DNA from: a virus
DNA: 64,000 nt
Reading direction: 5' to 3' (one strand)
IMG/VR virus record: IMGVR_UViG_3300034101_002201
Location: 1-64,000 of that record
Shown: positions 26,713-37,868 of the stretch, piece after piece
Position numbering within the stretch: the stretch's first letter is position 1
Layout of the letters: the number at the start of each line of letters is the position of its first letter
Translations under genes and position numbers: made by a program
The notes under the pieces: model-generated
What the model was told of the DNA's origin: nothing
Databases searched by the model: none
The model's input: the letters and a program-made list of their open reading frames with translations, nothing else

Positions 26713-28941
26713 ATGCGGGTTCAAAAAAGGAATGGTAGTTTTGAAATCTATACAGTTGAGAAAATTCACAAGGTAGTAGAATGGGCGATTAAGGACATTG
26801 CCAATGTTTCTTGGTCAGATATAGAGATGAATGCAAAACTCTCTTTGAAGGATGGAATAACCACAGAAGAGATCCATCAAATCTTAATTAAGTCCGCAAA
26901 TGATCTAACTTCACCAAGCAAACCAAATTATCAATATGTCGCATCTAGACTTTTGAATATGTCTCTTAGAAAAGATCTATGGGAAAAATATGATTCTCCA
27001 CCCAGCCTGTTATCTCATATCAAGCACAATGTAGAAGCTGGCGTATATGACGATGCTTTGCTAGAGAAATGGAGCGAAGAAGAAATAAATAAGATTGAAA
27101 AGTTTGTTGATCATGACAGGGATTACTTTTATACATACGCTGGATTACAGCAGATGATAGACAAATATCTTATTAAGAATAGATCTACTGGTCAAATGTA
27201 TGAAACACCACAATTTGCTTATGTAGCTATTGCTATGTCTCTATTTCATACATTGGAAGAAGTAGAAGAAGCATATGAATGTTTTTCTACATTTAAGATC
27301 AACCTTCCAACACCTATTATGGCTGGAGTAAGAACTAAAATTAAACAGTTCGCTAGTTGTGTTTTGGTAGATGTTGAAGATGATCTAGATTCTATATTCT
27401 CAAGTATTCACGCTATCGGAAAATATACAGCAAGAAGGGCTGGCATTGGTCTAAATATTGGTCGTATTCGCCCTATAAACTCTAGTATTAGGGGCGGTGA
27501 AGTAATCCATACTGGTCTTATCCCATACTTAAAGATTTTTGAGTCAACCGTTAAGGCTACAAGTCAAAATGGTATTCGTGGAGGTTCTGCCACAGTTCAT
27601 ATTCCATTCTGGCATTATGAAATTGAAGATGTAATGACACTAAAGAATAATGCTGGAACTGACGATAATAGAGTAAGAAAGTTAGATTATTCAGTTCAAT
27701 TTAATAAATTGTTCTATGAACGTTTAATAAAGAATGAGGATATTACATTAATGAGTCCTCATGAAACTGGTGGTCTTTATAGCTCTATGAATAATAACGA
27801 AGACTTTAAAAAACTATATGAAAAATATGAAAACTCTCGCCACGTAAAGATGAAAAAGAAAATTAACGCAAGAAAGCTTGCTGAAATCTTTACCAAAGAA
27901 AGATTAGAAACTGGTCGTATTTATGTAATGAATATTGATAATGCTAATGAGCATGGGTCATGGGACGCACCAGTTTACATGAGCAATCTTTGCCAAGAAA
28001 TTCTTCACCCGACTAAACCAATATCATCCATAGATGATAAAGAGGGCGAGATTGGTATTTGTATTCTATCAGCATTAAATCTACTTGAAATAGAAGATGA
28101 AAAAGATCTACAAAAAGCCTGTTCGATTGCTGTGAAATCATTAGAATCTATTATAGACTATCAAGATTATCCAGTTGAGGCTGGAAAAAACTTCACTAAA
28201 AATAGAAGATCTCTTGGTATTGGTATAACAAATTTTGCCGCATTCTTAGCAAAGAACAAGTTGAAGTATGAGGATAAAGAGACTCTTAAATTAGTTCATA
28301 AAACTATGGAACAAATTCAATGGCACTTGCTTAATGAGTCATGCAAGCTATCAGAAAGGCTTGGTCCATGTTCTAAATTCGATGAGACTAAATACTCTAG
28401 AGGACTATTACCTATAGATTGGTACAAAAAAACAGTTGACGAACTAGTTTCTCCAGAGTATACTATGGATTGGGAAGGTCTACGGTCTAGAATTGCTAAG
28501 TTTGGACTAAGACACTCTACCCTCACCGCAATCATGCCCTGTGAGTCCTCTAGCGTCATCCAGAACAGCACAAATGGAATTGAGCCTGTACGTAGTCTAA
28601 TGTCTTATAAAAAGGCTAAGAACGGCATTCTCAAGCAATTGGTGCCAAATTATGCCTCTCGTAAAAACTATTACACTTTAGCGTGGGAAATGCCAGATAA
28701 TAAAGCAATACTGAATATTTGTGCAGTATTACAGAAATTTGTTGATATGAGCATAAGTGTAAATTTGTATTATAATTACGCTCATTATCCTGATGGTAAT
28801 ATTCCTTTGAGTATTTTAATCAAAGACCAAATACAGGGGTATAAATATGGTGTAAAGAACTTTTATTATTGCAACACACCGGACGGTGACGGTAATACTG
28901 AAAAATCATCTGGCTGTGAATCGGGGTCTTGCTCAATATGA
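26713..28941 (+). CDS. nrdA: Ribonucleotide reductase class Ia alpha subunit with ATP cone
   Basis: VQKRNG ATP cone, QFASCVL, SNLCQEI, YY pair, C-terminal CESGSC. Confidence 0.97.
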   Translation: MRVQKRNGSFEIYTVEKIHKVVEWAIKDIANVSWSDIEMNAKLSLKDGITTEEIHQILIKSANDLTSPSKPNYQYVASRLLNMSLRKDLWEKYDSPPSLLSHIKHNVEAGVYDDALLEKWSEEEINKIEKFVDHDRDYFYTYAGLQQMIDKYLIKNRSTGQMYETPQFAYVAIAMSLFHTLEEVEEAYECFSTFKINLPTPIMAGVRTKIKQFASCVLVDVEDDLDSIFSSIHAIGKYTARRAGIGLNIGRIRPINSSIRGGEVIHTGLIPYLKIFESTVKATSQNGIRGGSATVHIPFWHYEIEDVMTLKNNAGTDDNRVRKLDYSVQFNKLFYERLIKNEDITLMSPHETGGLYSSMNNNEDFKKLYEKYENSRHVKMKKKINARKLAEIFTKERLETGRIYVMNIDNANEHGSWDAPVYMSNLCQEILHPTKPISSIDDKEGEIGICILSALNLLEIEDEKDLQKACSIAVKSLESIIDYQDYPVEAGKNFTKNRRSLGIGITNFAAFLAKNKLKYEDKETLKLVHKTMEQIQWHLLNESCKLSERLGPCSKFDETKYSRGLLPIDWYKKTVDELVSPEYTMDWEGLRSRIAKFGLRHSTLTAIMPCESSSVIQNSTNGIEPVRSLMSYKKAKNGILKQLVPNYASRKNYYTLAWEMPDNKAILNICAVLQKFVDMSISVNLYYNYAHYPDGNIPLSILIKDQIQGYKYGVKNFYYCNTPDGDGNTEKSSGCESGSCSI

Positions 28942-30017
28942 AAACAATACTAAATAAACATAACGTTGATTATCTTGCTCAACCGCTTTTTCTAGGCGAA
29001 GATCTTTCTCTACAGAGATATGACAAGTTCAAATATCCTATATTTTTTGATCTTTATAAGAAACAGATTGAGTTCTTCTGGAGGCCCGAAGAAATAGAGC
29101 TAAAGAAGGATAGAAACGATTTCAAGAATGACGATATAATGTCAGAGAATGAGCGTTTCATCTTTACTTCTAATCTTAAGTATCAAACCATGATGGATAG
29201 TGTTATCTGTCGCGGTGTGCCAACTCTTACACAATATGTTTCTAATCCAGAATTAGAAGCCTGTATGAATGTTTGGCAATTTTTCGAACAAATTCATAGT
29301 TACAGCTATACATATATTATTAAGAACGTATATAATAATCCTAGCGAAATATTAGATAGCTGTTTAACAGACAAAGAAATTCTTAAACGAGCTAATGTAG
29401 CAATCAAAGAATATAACGCTTTACGAGAAGTAGGTCATTCCGGCAAAGTTAAAGATATAAAAAAGCAGATTTACCTAACTCTCATTAGCGTTAACATACT
29501 TGAAGCGGTTAGATTTTATGTTTCATTTATCTCTGCATTCGCGTTTGCAGAAAATAAGAAAATGATTGGGAATGCAGACATTATTAAACTAATAAAACGC
29601 GATGAGGCATTACATCTTTATAATACTCAAGAAATTATCAAGATTCTTCACAATGTTCCAGAAGAGGGATTTGTAAAGATAGCAGAAGAATGCCAAGAAG
29701 AAGCTGTAGCAATGTTTGAATCCGCAGCAAATGAAGAAAAGGCGTGGTCAGAATATCTATTTAAAGATGGATCAATCATTGGTTTGAATGAAAAAGTTAT
29801 GGCTGAATATATTGATTGGCTATGTATGACCAGAAGAAAGAATATAGGACTACCATACGATAAGGGTTGTAGAAACCCAATATCTGGATGGACTGACCCT
29901 TGGATGAATAGTGAGTCTGTACAAGTTGCACCGCAGGAACACGAAATTACTTCATATAAAATTGGTGCTAGTAAGAATGACTTAGAGGATGTTGACTTGG
30001 GAGGATTTGATCTATGA
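28938..30017 (+). CDS. nrdB: Ribonucleotide reductase class Ia beta subunit
   Basis: FFWRPEE, EQIHSYSY, LEAVRFYVSF, RDEALH, VAPQE. Confidence 0.97.
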   Translation: MKTILNKHNVDYLAQPLFLGEDLSLQRYDKFKYPIFFDLYKKQIEFFWRPEEIELKKDRNDFKNDDIMSENERFIFTSNLKYQTMMDSVICRGVPTLTQYVSNPELEACMNVWQFFEQIHSYSYTYIIKNVYNNPSEILDSCLTDKEILKRANVAIKEYNALREVGHSGKVKDIKKQIYLTLISVNILEAVRFYVSFISAFAFAENKKMIGNADIIKLIKRDEALHLYNTQEIIKILHNVPEEGFVKIAEECQEEAVAMFESAANEEKAWSEYLFKDGSIIGLNEKVMAEYIDWLCMTRRKNIGLPYDKGCRNPISGWTDPWMNSESVQVAPQEHEITSYKIGASKNDLEDVDLGGFDL

Positions 30018-30433
30018 TTTCTGTTCAGTTAATTAATAAACACGCCAAAGTTCCAACAAAGGCTAATTTGAATGACGCTGGATTTGATTTATATTCAACT
30101 CTTGATACCGTCATATCACCAAAACAACGTAAGACTGTCAGAACGGGGATAGCAATACAAATGCCAGACCATTTAGCCGGTTTAATTTGGCCTAGATCGG
30201 GCCTATCAGTTAAACACGGAATCGATGTTTTAGCAGGAGTGGTGGATAGTGGATATAGAGGAGAAATAATGGTATGTTTATATAATACCTCCGATGAGAT
30301 TGTTAGTATAAACACCGGGGATAGAATCGCTCAGATTATATTCCAAGAGGTTCCTCGCGTCACTATGGAGGTCCATGATACGTTAGGTTCCTCGCAACGA
30401 GGAGAAAACGGCTTTGGCAGCAGCGGCAAATAA
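30014..30433 (+). CDS. dut: Trimeric dUTPase
   Basis: AGFDL, PRSGL, GVVDSGYRGE, RGENGFGSSG. Confidence 0.97.
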   Translation: MISVQLINKHAKVPTKANLNDAGFDLYSTLDTVISPKQRKTVRTGIAIQMPDHLAGLIWPRSGLSVKHGIDVLAGVVDSGYRGEIMVCLYNTSDEIVSINTGDRIAQIIFQEVPRVTMEVHDTLGSSQRGENGFGSSGK

Positions 30434-31094
30434 CAATCCGAGAAAAAATAAAAAATCTAAACAAGAACCTAAACAAAATGTATTAGTAGCAAAAACAGAA
30501 AATCAAAAAGACTATATTAGATCAATTATTGAAAATGATATAATATTTTGCACAGGACCGTCTGGTACTGGCAAGTCTTTCATTGCCGCTGGCGTTGCAG
30601 CTGAACATTTAATCAAAGATAAAATTGATACTATTATCGTAACACGACCATTAGTTTGCACCGGAAAAGATATTGGTTCTTTACCGGGAGAACTAAATGA
30701 AAAGATAAAACCATATTTACAACCAATGGAAGAGAATCTCAAATATTTTCTTGGCAGAGATAAATTTGGTCTTTATTATAATACTAGAAGAATCAGATTC
30801 GAACCACTAGAAACTATGAGAGGATCTACATTCCATAACGCATATATGATTTTAGATGAGGCACAAAACTGTACATTAGAACAGATTAAAATGTTCATTA
30901 CAAGAATGGGTGAAAAATCTAAAGTCATGATAAACGGTGATACTAAGCAAACTGATTTATATCGTGGTAATGGATTAACGGAGTGTATTCATAAGTTATC
31001 TGGTATAAGTGGTATAGGTATTTGCGGTTTAGATTACCAAGATATACAAAGAAATGGAATATTAGGAGCGGTTTTGTACGCTTTAGAATCTTGA
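30414..31094 (+). CDS. phoH: PhoH-like ATPase
   Basis: GPSGTGKS, LPGE, MRGSTF, DEAQN, GDTKQTDL. Confidence 0.95.
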   Translation: MAAAANNNPRKNKKSKQEPKQNVLVAKTENQKDYIRSIIENDIIFCTGPSGTGKSFIAAGVAAEHLIKDKIDTIIVTRPLVCTGKDIGSLPGELNEKIKPYLQPMEENLKYFLGRDKFGLYYNTRRIRFEPLETMRGSTFHNAYMILDEAQNCTLEQIKMFITRMGEKSKVMINGDTKQTDLYRGNGLTECIHKLSGISGIGICGLDYQDIQRNGILGAVLYALES

Positions 31095-31101
31095 GGAAAT
31101 T

Positions 31102-31452
31102 ATGCTATATGATTATATATGTGAGAACTGCGAACATGACATGAAAGACGTTTATCAGTCTATTAAAGATGATTCCTTAGTTACATGTCCAAGTTGTGGA
31201 AAAGATAGCTTACGGAGAGTAATATATGGTGGCATAGCTTCTTTTATGAAAGAACCAAAAACTATCGGCAGTTTAGCAGATAGAAATTGGTCTAAAAAAG
31301 GACATTATGAGAAATCGGAAATAGAGGCTAAGTCAAAGAAATCAATAGACAAGACTTCACACTTTTCTTCTTTTGGTTCTGCATCAAAAAAAGATATTAA
31401 TAAAATGACAGAAGAACAAAAAACTAAATACATTATGACAGGTGAAAAATGA
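31102..31452 (+). CDS. FmdB-family zinc-ribbon protein
   Basis: YDYICENC...CPSCG. Confidence 0.8.
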   Translation: MLYDYICENCEHDMKDVYQSIKDDSLVTCPSCGKDSLRRVIYGGIASFMKEPKTIGSLADRNWSKKGHYEKSEIEAKSKKSIDKTSHFSSFGSASKKDINKMTEEQKTKYIMTGEK

Positions 31453-31787
31453 AATTCGTTAATTCGTCGCAAGAACTTCAAAATGCTAATACCGATACTA
31501 ATAAAGTATTAGAAATATCCTATAATAAAGTTGGCAAAGCAATCTCTGATGAGAGCGAATTTATTTTCGCAAAATCTGTCTCTTCTGATAGCAATGTTAA
31601 ATATGCTATTCTAGTACATAACAATCAGCCATACGATCCATATGGAGTAGATAGCCATAGGCAATCTAGCCTATCTCTAAAGATTAAACAAGTAAACAAA
31701 GATACATTCAATAATTATATCTCATATCTAAGAACAAAAAATTCTTTATATATGACAAGATCTCAAAGGAGTTTCATAAATGGCTAA
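31449..31787 (+). CDS. Hypothetical protein
   Basis: Coupled ORF, 112 aa. Confidence 0.65.
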   Translation: MKFVNSSQELQNANTDTNKVLEISYNKVGKAISDESEFIFAKSVSSDSNVKYAILVHNNQPYDPYGVDSHRQSSLSLKIKQVNKDTFNNYISYLRTKNSLYMTRSQRSFING

Positions 31788-32082
31788 AACTGGCCCATTA
31801 GGAAAAGCAGAATCTTTTTATGTTGAAGAAAAATATAAGTGTGGTAATACAATTGATCAAATAGCTATTGATCTTGACAGGGCAGTTAGTACTATAGAAA
31901 AATATCTACAAAAGCATAAAATTAAGCCCAAGAATAGCAAAACTATTATAGAAGAACAATTTGTTTATCAAAAGGGATCTACTATAATGACAGAGAACGC
32001 TTCCGCAATGATAGAGCAGAGTAAAAAACCAATTAAACAAAATAGTAACACATGTATAACCAAGATAAAAAATCATGAATAA
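31780..32082 (+). CDS. Putative HTH DNA-binding protein
   Basis: TIDQIAIDLDRAVSTIEKYL. Confidence 0.6.
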   Translation: MAKTGPLGKAESFYVEEKYKCGNTIDQIAIDLDRAVSTIEKYLQKHKIKPKNSKTIIEEQFVYQKGSTIMTENASAMIEQSKKPIKQNSNTCITKIKNHE

Positions 32083-32518
32083 TTTTATTAACACTCACGA
32101 AGAATGGCTAGAGCATTTTAGGCACGATATATATAAAATTTGGATTAGGGCAACCCTATCAAATGGGAAAGAATATTATTTACCAGAACATTCAGATTGG
32201 ATGAGATTAAAACCAATCTGTGAAGAAAACAAGCTAAACGTAGAAAAAGTTGGTATACAATACAAAACCCATTTTGTAGAAGTCGATACTACAAATACAG
32301 ATGGTGTTTATATAGTCCAATCTATTTTAGCAACATTTGGATCTCAAGCTAGACAAACTATTACTATAGGCAAAGTATATGGTAATAATGTAAAAAAAGA
32401 TATCTGGATTACACCAGAGTTATTAAAAGAATTTGAAGAAGAATCTAATATTGAATCATGTTTTGAACAAGCAATAATATACAATTATGACAAAAAAGAG
32501 CAAGCCAGAACTATTTAA
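32075..32518 (+). CDS. Hypothetical protein
   Basis: 147 aa coupled ORF. Confidence 0.65.
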   Translation: MNNFINTHEEWLEHFRHDIYKIWIRATLSNGKEYYLPEHSDWMRLKPICEENKLNVEKVGIQYKTHFVEVDTTNTDGVYIVQSILATFGSQARQTITIGKVYGNNVKKDIWITPELLKEFEEESNIESCFEQAIIYNYDKKEQARTI

Positions 32519-33002
32519 CCAGCAATATCAAAAAGAATGGTCAGAAACTCACAAATACAAGCACATTCATACTGGTGAATATTGCACATTTGAAGCGTAT
32601 GTTGCCGAATATATAGTTTTGAGAAGATCAGAGAAATTGAATCTTGGCAAACCTTCATATAAATTTTGGACCAAGGGGGATCCTCTCCACTGGTTATGGA
32701 AAAAACAACATGGTGCCGCTGTTCAACTCAAAAAGAAATATAGTGAAGAAGCTATATTACAAGCTATAAAATCAAAAGACTTTGATAAACTATTGGTACT
32801 TGGGATACAAAATGGTCGTGGATATAAAATTAATCCAGAAGCCGAAAAAGTAGTTGCAAAATATCAAAATAAGATTGAAGAAGAACAAAATAAACCTAAA
32901 GTCAATCTTGAAGTCAAAGAAGAAAATACGCCGCTTGAAACTAGATCGTCTAGTGGCTATAATACAAAAAGGACAACTTTGAACCAATTGAGGAATTTAT
33001 GA
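32487..33002 (+). CDS. Hypothetical protein
   Basis: 171 aa coupled ORF upstream of recA-like gene. Confidence 0.7.
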   Translation: MTKKSKPELFNQQYQKEWSETHKYKHIHTGEYCTFEAYVAEYIVLRRSEKLNLGKPSYKFWTKGDPLHWLWKKQHGAAVQLKKKYSEEAILQAIKSKDFDKLLVLGIQNGRGYKINPEAEKVVAKYQNKIEEEQNKPKVNLEVKEENTPLETRSSSGYNTKRTTLNQLRNL

Positions 33003-34105
33003 GCAAAACCAAGAAGATAACGGGCAAGTTTGCAGAAGATTCGGTCAGCAATTCCATAGTAAGCAAATATGGAGATGTTGTTAGGAGTGGAACAGAAGTT
33101 CTTCAGAATATAAATAGTCTTGGTGTTATAGGCATATCTCCAGCCCTTGATATTGCTTTGGGTGGCGGATTAAGAGAGGGGTCTGTTGTAGTAATGACAG
33201 GAGATCCAAAGAGCGGAAAGACCACCACAGCCTTGCACTTTGCCGCCAAATGTCAAAAGCTTAGTAAGAGAATCATTTATATAAATACAGAAGGCAGACT
33301 ATCTAAGCAGAACTTTGATGGTATAAAAGGTCTAGAACCAGATAATATCATAATTATAGAATCAACAGACGAGAGGGTTCTATCAGCAGAAGACTTCCTA
33401 AATATTATTGAGTTTTATATTAACAATGATCCCGGTTGTCTAATCATCACTGACTCATTATCTAATATGGTTCCAGCGTGTGAATTAGAGGGAGAAGTGA
33501 GAACTGGGGTAAGAAATGCTTTGCCTAGATTACTCTCAATGTTTTTCAAACGTATTAGTGGTACGCTTATGAAGAATAAGACTATACTAATTTGTATTAC
33601 TCACAACATTGCTAATACTGGCGGATCTCCATATGCACCACAAAAGATGGCAGACTGTGGAAACATGTTACAATATCAAGCCGGTACAAATATGGTAATT
33701 ACTCATCGCGGAAAATGGCAAGTACCAAAGGATACCGGTGTTCATGTTGGTCAAATAGCCAACTGGGTAATAAAAACATCAACTGCTGGCGGTAGGCCAA
33801 ATAGCACAGCAGAAAGTTGGATCAAGTATGGGGTTGGTGTTGACGAAGTACAAGAAGTTGTTCAGATTGCTTGCGAATTTAGACTTATAAAAGCTTCTGG
33901 AGCTTGGTATACTATACAGTGTGCCGTAGATGATCCCACTGACCCAATCATTAGCAAAACTTTACAAGATAATAATATTGGCAATACTTCAGAAGAGATA
34001 GAAAGATTTTTTAAGTTTCAAGGCGTAAATAATGTTTCTGAGTTTTTGAATAATAATCCATCTATTGCTGAATTCATCTATAGTAAAATTAAGGAGTTGC
34101 ATTGA
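32999..34105 (+). CDS. recA: RecA/UvsX-like recombinase
   Basis: SPALDIALGGG, GDPKSGKTT Walker A, IITDSLS, GAWY. Confidence 0.88.
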   Translation: MSKTKKITGKFAEDSVSNSIVSKYGDVVRSGTEVLQNINSLGVIGISPALDIALGGGLREGSVVVMTGDPKSGKTTTALHFAAKCQKLSKRIIYINTEGRLSKQNFDGIKGLEPDNIIIIESTDERVLSAEDFLNIIEFYINNDPGCLIITDSLSNMVPACELEGEVRTGVRNALPRLLSMFFKRISGTLMKNKTILICITHNIANTGGSPYAPQKMADCGNMLQYQAGTNMVITHRGKWQVPKDTGVHVGQIANWVIKTSTAGGRPNSTAESWIKYGVGVDEVQEVVQIACEFRLIKASGAWYTIQCAVDDPTDPIISKTLQDNNIGNTSEEIERFFKFQGVNNVSEFLNNNPSIAEFIYSKIKELH

Positions 34106-34524
34106 AAGTATCCGGCATAAATGGAAAAGAATATGTATGGAATTTAACTGGATACGATGTCTTTAATGACGATGCTCGTAAAAGATCTAAATACCATATA
34201 CGTGCTAGAAATATCTTAAAAGAGATATACAATAGCTATAGAATATTAGAAGAAGTAAAGCTGCCGGGAAGCACAGCACTACACAGAAAATCTGTTCTGT
34301 ACCTTGACTTTTACATTCCTTCTATTAAACTGGGGGTTGAGGTTCATGGAGAGCAGCATTATGAATATAATCCATTTTTTCATAAGAGCAAAGCAGACTT
34401 CATAAAAGGTCAGGTGCGTGACGATGATAAGATAAGTTGGTGTGAGTTGAATGGAATTGAGTTAATAACCCTAAAATATTCAGAAAGTGATGATGAGTGG
34501 CGAAAAAGAATTAAAGGCATCTGA
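34102..34524 (+). CDS. Vsr/DUF559-like PD-(D/E)XK endonuclease
   Basis: LDFYIP..KLGVEVHGEQHY...RDDDKISWC. Confidence 0.75.
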   Translation: MKVSGINGKEYVWNLTGYDVFNDDARKRSKYHIRARNILKEIYNSYRILEEVKLPGSTALHRKSVLYLDFYIPSIKLGVEVHGEQHYEYNPFFHKSKADFIKGQVRDDDKISWCELNGIELITLKYSESDDEWRKRIKGI

Positions 34525-34969
34525 CAAGTTAGCAGAATATATAGCATCAATTAATGATTATATAAATCTAACTAATACCAAGTTTTCATCTTTTAGAGAA
34601 GAGTACTTAGTTGTTGCAGATATGTCCTCTGAACAACTGAGGAAACTTACACAAGTAGAACTCTTTGATGCCGCGTATCTTCTATATGGATATGCAACAT
34701 ATATTCAAGATGAAATAAGTAAAAACAAAGTTGCATTAAACTGGTGCAATGATCAAATGGAAAAACTGATTGTTAAAAATAGTCAAGAATTTGGTCAATA
34801 TACCAAACATGAATCTAAGAAACATATACTAGCAAATACAAATTCTTATGCAGCTTCTCTAGAAAATATGAGAGAAGTAGCAGAAGCTAGATTGCAATCG
34901 CTAGATGGTAAAGTGTTTGAATTAAAAAGAAAAGCAGATATACTACTTGAGAAAGGTAAACGATCATGA
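34487..34969 (+). CDS. Helical protein, possibly recombination mediator
   Basis: Coiled-coil; position between recA and dnaB (function inferred only). Confidence 0.6.
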   Translation: MMMSGEKELKASDKLAEYIASINDYINLTNTKFSSFREEYLVVADMSSEQLRKLTQVELFDAAYLLYGYATYIQDEISKNKVALNWCNDQMEKLIVKNSQEFGQYTKHESKKHILANTNSYAASLENMREVAEARLQSLDGKVFELKRKADILLEKGKRS

Positions 34970-35385
34970 GTATGAATGATTTCATAAACATGCTTAACGA
35001 TGAGCAAAAACAAGCCCTATTAAAAGCACTTGTTGGAGATAGTCCCACCGTTGCAAGCGTTCCAGTAGAAGTAAAAAAAGAAAGTATCAAGCAAATACAG
35101 TCTTCAACGCCAACTGCCAGCGTCAAAGAAGATTTTACAATGTACAGGCAGGACGATAATTCCAATGTAAGGAGAAAGGAACCAGTGAGAGCTAGAAAGA
35201 ATGAATGGCAAGATACAGGAGAATCTCGGGACATAGAAACTCCACAATTTGAACGTACTCCACGTAAGCGTCAACCATATAAAAAGATAGAAGTTGAATG
35301 CCACGCTTGTGGGAAAACCTTCAAAGAAGACCCTAAGTGTATTCATGGCGACTATTATAGATGTAATAGGTGTACTGGTAAATAA
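34966..35385 (+). CDS. Hypothetical protein with C-terminal zinc ribbon
   Basis: CHACG...CNRC. Confidence 0.7.
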   Translation: MSMNDFINMLNDEQKQALLKALVGDSPTVASVPVEVKKESIKQIQSSTPTASVKEDFTMYRQDDNSNVRRKEPVRARKNEWQDTGESRDIETPQFERTPRKRQPYKKIEVECHACGKTFKEDPKCIHGDYYRCNRCTGK

Positions 35386-35386
35386 C

Positions 35387-36853
35387 ATGGAAGTCAAACT
35401 AACTGATATTGGATCAGAAAGAGCCGTTTTAGCTGGACTATTGCAGCATGGCATAGATGGATATGTAGCTATATCTGATGTAGTGAGTCAAGATACATTC
35501 GGGCATTTGAACAATCAAATATTGTTTAAGTGCATTGAAAAGGTTATTCTCAACGACCAGAAAGTAGATATACCATCAATACTGTCCGCAGCAGATCAGT
35601 TAAATCTTTCTGAAAGCATAAATACAGATCAAGAGTTGAAGTACATAAAGTCTTTAATGGACTTCCCGATCAATAAAGATAATGTTTTTAGCTTTGCCAT
35701 ACAGATGAAGAAGTTTGAGTTTGCACGTAAGATAAAAGGTCTTACCGCAAAAATCCATAAAGATGTAGATAATGTTACTGGTGCTGAGTCTATAAATGAG
35801 ATTATACAAATACTTGAGAATCCAGTTACTGACTTCTTGAGAGAAGATGATAGCGGGGATCTTCCAGAAAAGATTGGCAAGGATGCTAAAGATTACATAC
35901 AGTTTCTGGAAGATAATAAGTGTGACATTATAGGCATTCCAACTGGCTTCAATAAGTATGATGAAGCAATTGGTGGTGGATTACGAAGGAAGTGTGTTGA
36001 TTTAATATCAGCACGACCAAAGGTTGGAAAAAGCGTATTCGCTGATAATGTAGCATTAAATGTATCTTCTGGTGGCGTTCCAGTATTGATGCTAGATACG
36101 GAAATGAGCAAGGAAGATCACTTAAATAGGTTATTAGCAAACATCAGTGGAGTACCGATCAACGAAGTAGCTACTGGTAAATTTACAGAAGACGAAGAAA
36201 AACGAAACAGGGTAATGGAAGCAATTGAAAAGATTGAGTCTATACCTTATAGTTATGTTAGCGTGGCTGGAAAACCATTTGAGCAAATACTTAACCTAAT
36301 TAAGCGATGGGTTATGCAAGAGGTCAAAATGGGGGACAATGGCAAGACAAATAACTGTTTGATTATATATGATTACCTTAAGTTGATGTCATCTACTTCT
36401 ATTACTAATAATATACAAGAATACCAAGCACTTGGTTTTCAAATTACGTCGCTACATAATCTTTGCGTCAAGCTTGACATACCATGCTTGTCCTTTGTAC
36501 AATTGAACCGTGACGGCATAACAAAAGAAAGCACAGACGCTGTTTCTGGATCAGATAGATTGATTTGGCTATGTACGTCATTTAGCATATTCAAAATCAA
36601 GTCTCCAGAAGAACTAGCAGAAGATGGACCAAATGCTGGAAATAGAAAGCTTGTGCCAATTGTTTCAAGGCATGGTGGAGGTTTGGATGATGGTGATTAT
36701 ATTAACATGGTAATGCAGGGATCTCATGCCAAGTTAAGAGAATTGAAAACACGCAATGAATTTAAGAATCAGCCAATTGGAGATACTGGTATGGTGAATC
36801 AAAATACATTAGATAAGCTAAAAATTAATGGACTTGCAGAAGATCAAGAATAG
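35387..36853 (+). CDS. dnaB: Replicative DNA helicase
   Basis: SERAVL, GIPTGF, ARPKVGKS, DTEM, DYLKLM, QLNR. Confidence 0.93.
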   Translation: MEVKLTDIGSERAVLAGLLQHGIDGYVAISDVVSQDTFGHLNNQILFKCIEKVILNDQKVDIPSILSAADQLNLSESINTDQELKYIKSLMDFPINKDNVFSFAIQMKKFEFARKIKGLTAKIHKDVDNVTGAESINEIIQILENPVTDFLREDDSGDLPEKIGKDAKDYIQFLEDNKCDIIGIPTGFNKYDEAIGGGLRRKCVDLISARPKVGKSVFADNVALNVSSGGVPVLMLDTEMSKEDHLNRLLANISGVPINEVATGKFTEDEEKRNRVMEAIEKIESIPYSYVSVAGKPFEQILNLIKRWVMQEVKMGDNGKTNNCLIIYDYLKLMSSTSITNNIQEYQALGFQITSLHNLCVKLDIPCLSFVQLNRDGITKESTDAVSGSDRLIWLCTSFSIFKIKSPEELAEDGPNAGNRKLVPIVSRHGGGLDDGDYINMVMQGSHAKLRELKTRNEFKNQPIGDTGMVNQNTLDKLKINGLAEDQE

Positions 36854-37868
36854 TCTTAACGAGCAGTCAGAAGAAGTATTCTCAAAACTAGGTATGAAAT
36901 ACGAAGTTTTAGGGGATAACATCTATTGTAATTGTCCTGTTCATGAAGGCAGCGACAACCCAAGAGCATTTTCATTCTCTAAAGATAAAGGTATATGGAA
37001 ATGTTGGACTAGAGATTGTCAGCAACAATATAGGAATGACATATTTGGAGTTATAAGAGGATCACTTTCAAAGGAGAGCGGAATAGAGGCTGAATTTTCT
37101 GATGCTCTAAAGTGGGCGTGTAATTTTCTAGGCATCAAAAAGGGCAGAAGTTCATCTCAAAAACCAACTGTAAAAGAACCAGTAAAAGAAGATGACTTCA
37201 GTAAACTAGTAAATACAATAAACTCTAGTATCAAGTTAGATGATAACTATCCAGCAATTGAAATAGAAGAATGTGTAAAAACGCCATCACAATATTTCAT
37301 ATCAAGGGGATTCAAGCCAGAAACTTTAATACATTTTGGCGTTGGAGATTGTTATGATCGTGGATCAAAATTACATGAAAGATCTATTATACCTATACAT
37401 AATGATTCTGGTGACAAAGTAATAGCTTGTATCGCAAGATCTATAAAAGACTATAGAAGTCCAAAATTTCTTCTAGATCCAAAGGGATTTGACAAGAGAT
37501 ATTTTTTTTATAACTATCATCGTGCCATAGAGGGTGTGAAACAAACATCATCATTATTTCTAGTAGAAGGACAAGGCGATGTTTGGAGATTATATGAAGC
37601 TGGTATTACTCAATCAATGAGTATTTTTGGTAGGAGTCTTAGTAAAGAACAAGAACTAAAACTGTCTAAAATGCCTCTAACGCATATAATAGTCTTACTA
37701 GACAACGATCAAGCCGGTCGAGAGGCAAAGGTTCAACTCCAGAGACAATTGGGTAGAATGTATAAGTTATCTTTCCCCAAGATACCAACCAAAGACGTTG
37801 GCGAGATGAGAGTCGAACAAGTAAAAAATATTATCATACCACAGGTTAGAGGAATAATAAATGGTTAA
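36828..37868 (+). CDS. dnaG: DNA primase (Zn finger + TOPRIM)
   Basis: CPVH...CWTRDC; VEGQGD; LDNDQAG. Confidence 0.9.
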   Translation: MDLQKIKNSLNEQSEEVFSKLGMKYEVLGDNIYCNCPVHEGSDNPRAFSFSKDKGIWKCWTRDCQQQYRNDIFGVIRGSLSKESGIEAEFSDALKWACNFLGIKKGRSSSQKPTVKEPVKEDDFSKLVNTINSSIKLDDNYPAIEIEECVKTPSQYFISRGFKPETLIHFGVGDCYDRGSKLHERSIIPIHNDSGDKVIACIARSIKDYRSPKFLLDPKGFDKRYFFYNYHRAIEGVKQTSSLFLVEGQGDVWRLYEAGITQSMSIFGRSLSKEQELKLSKMPLTHIIVLLDNDQAGREAKVQLQRQLGRMYKLSFPKIPTKDVGEMRVEQVKNIIIPQVRGIING